A DNA stretch of 63,982 nucleotides, counting the filler, from Mitosporidium daphniae (Eukaryota), in the NCBI RefSeq assembly GCF_000760515.2. It is 12 parts of 12 records of this genome, joined end to end, with 100 filler letters (N's around TTAATTAATTAA, not from the genome) between each part and the next. Parts side by side here need not be neighbours in the genome. Positions count along the whole stretch, not along the records: positions 60,842 to 63,982 come from NW_013546576.1; 11 more parts are not named here. One strand, written 5' to 3'. Below are positions 63,801 to 63,982 of this stretch, piece after piece. The notes below the pieces were generated by a model that was given only the letters and a program-made list of their open reading frames with translations, was not told the DNA's origin and did no database searches. Every line of letters starts with the position of its first letter. The first letter of the stretch is position 1. A program made the translations under genes and the position numbers.

Positions 63801-63921
63801 CACATGTTCCATTTCTTTTGCGATCAATGAAAACATCATAGGTTGCATTAGACCGATCAAAAGCGCCCAAAAGTCTGGGATAGAAATTTGTAACCACTTT
63901 TTCATACGAGCCATAGTCCAT
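60842..63921 (-). CDS. Large hypothetical protein (>1000 aa, 3' truncated)
   Basis: Uninterrupted ~3.1-kb ORF with no recognised domain. Confidence 0.7.
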
Positions 63922-63982
63922 TGCAGCCTCAACCCAGGCTTCATTGATAAGAAACGGAGGACCCTCATATATGACAACTGGT

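Overview
The window is a concatenation of about 12 unlinked ~5-6 kb eukaryotic contigs, joined by artificial N44-TTAATTAATTAA-N44 linkers and sorted by decreasing length, so neighbours across linkers are not real neighbours. Most contigs come from a very compact, fungus-related genome with tiny introns (about 20-36 nt), short intergenic gaps, mitochondrial genes (Hsp60, OSCP, Cym1, mito TyrRS, ICT1) and a full-length LSU rRNA. This fits an early-diverging microsporidian relative such as Mitosporidium (inference). One contig (34191-39643) is different. It holds a 4836-bp tandem repeat unit carrying an intron-containing tRNA-His, 5S rRNA, U1, U2, U3, SRP RNA, U5 and U4, all arthropod-like and probably host DNA. 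Other highlights are a candidate divergent U1-like Sm RNA (1056-1270), a SAMHD1-like dNTPase with an N-terminal signal/anchor, a carnitine acyltransferase ending in SKL, TTAGGG promoter motifs and several secreted repeat proteins.
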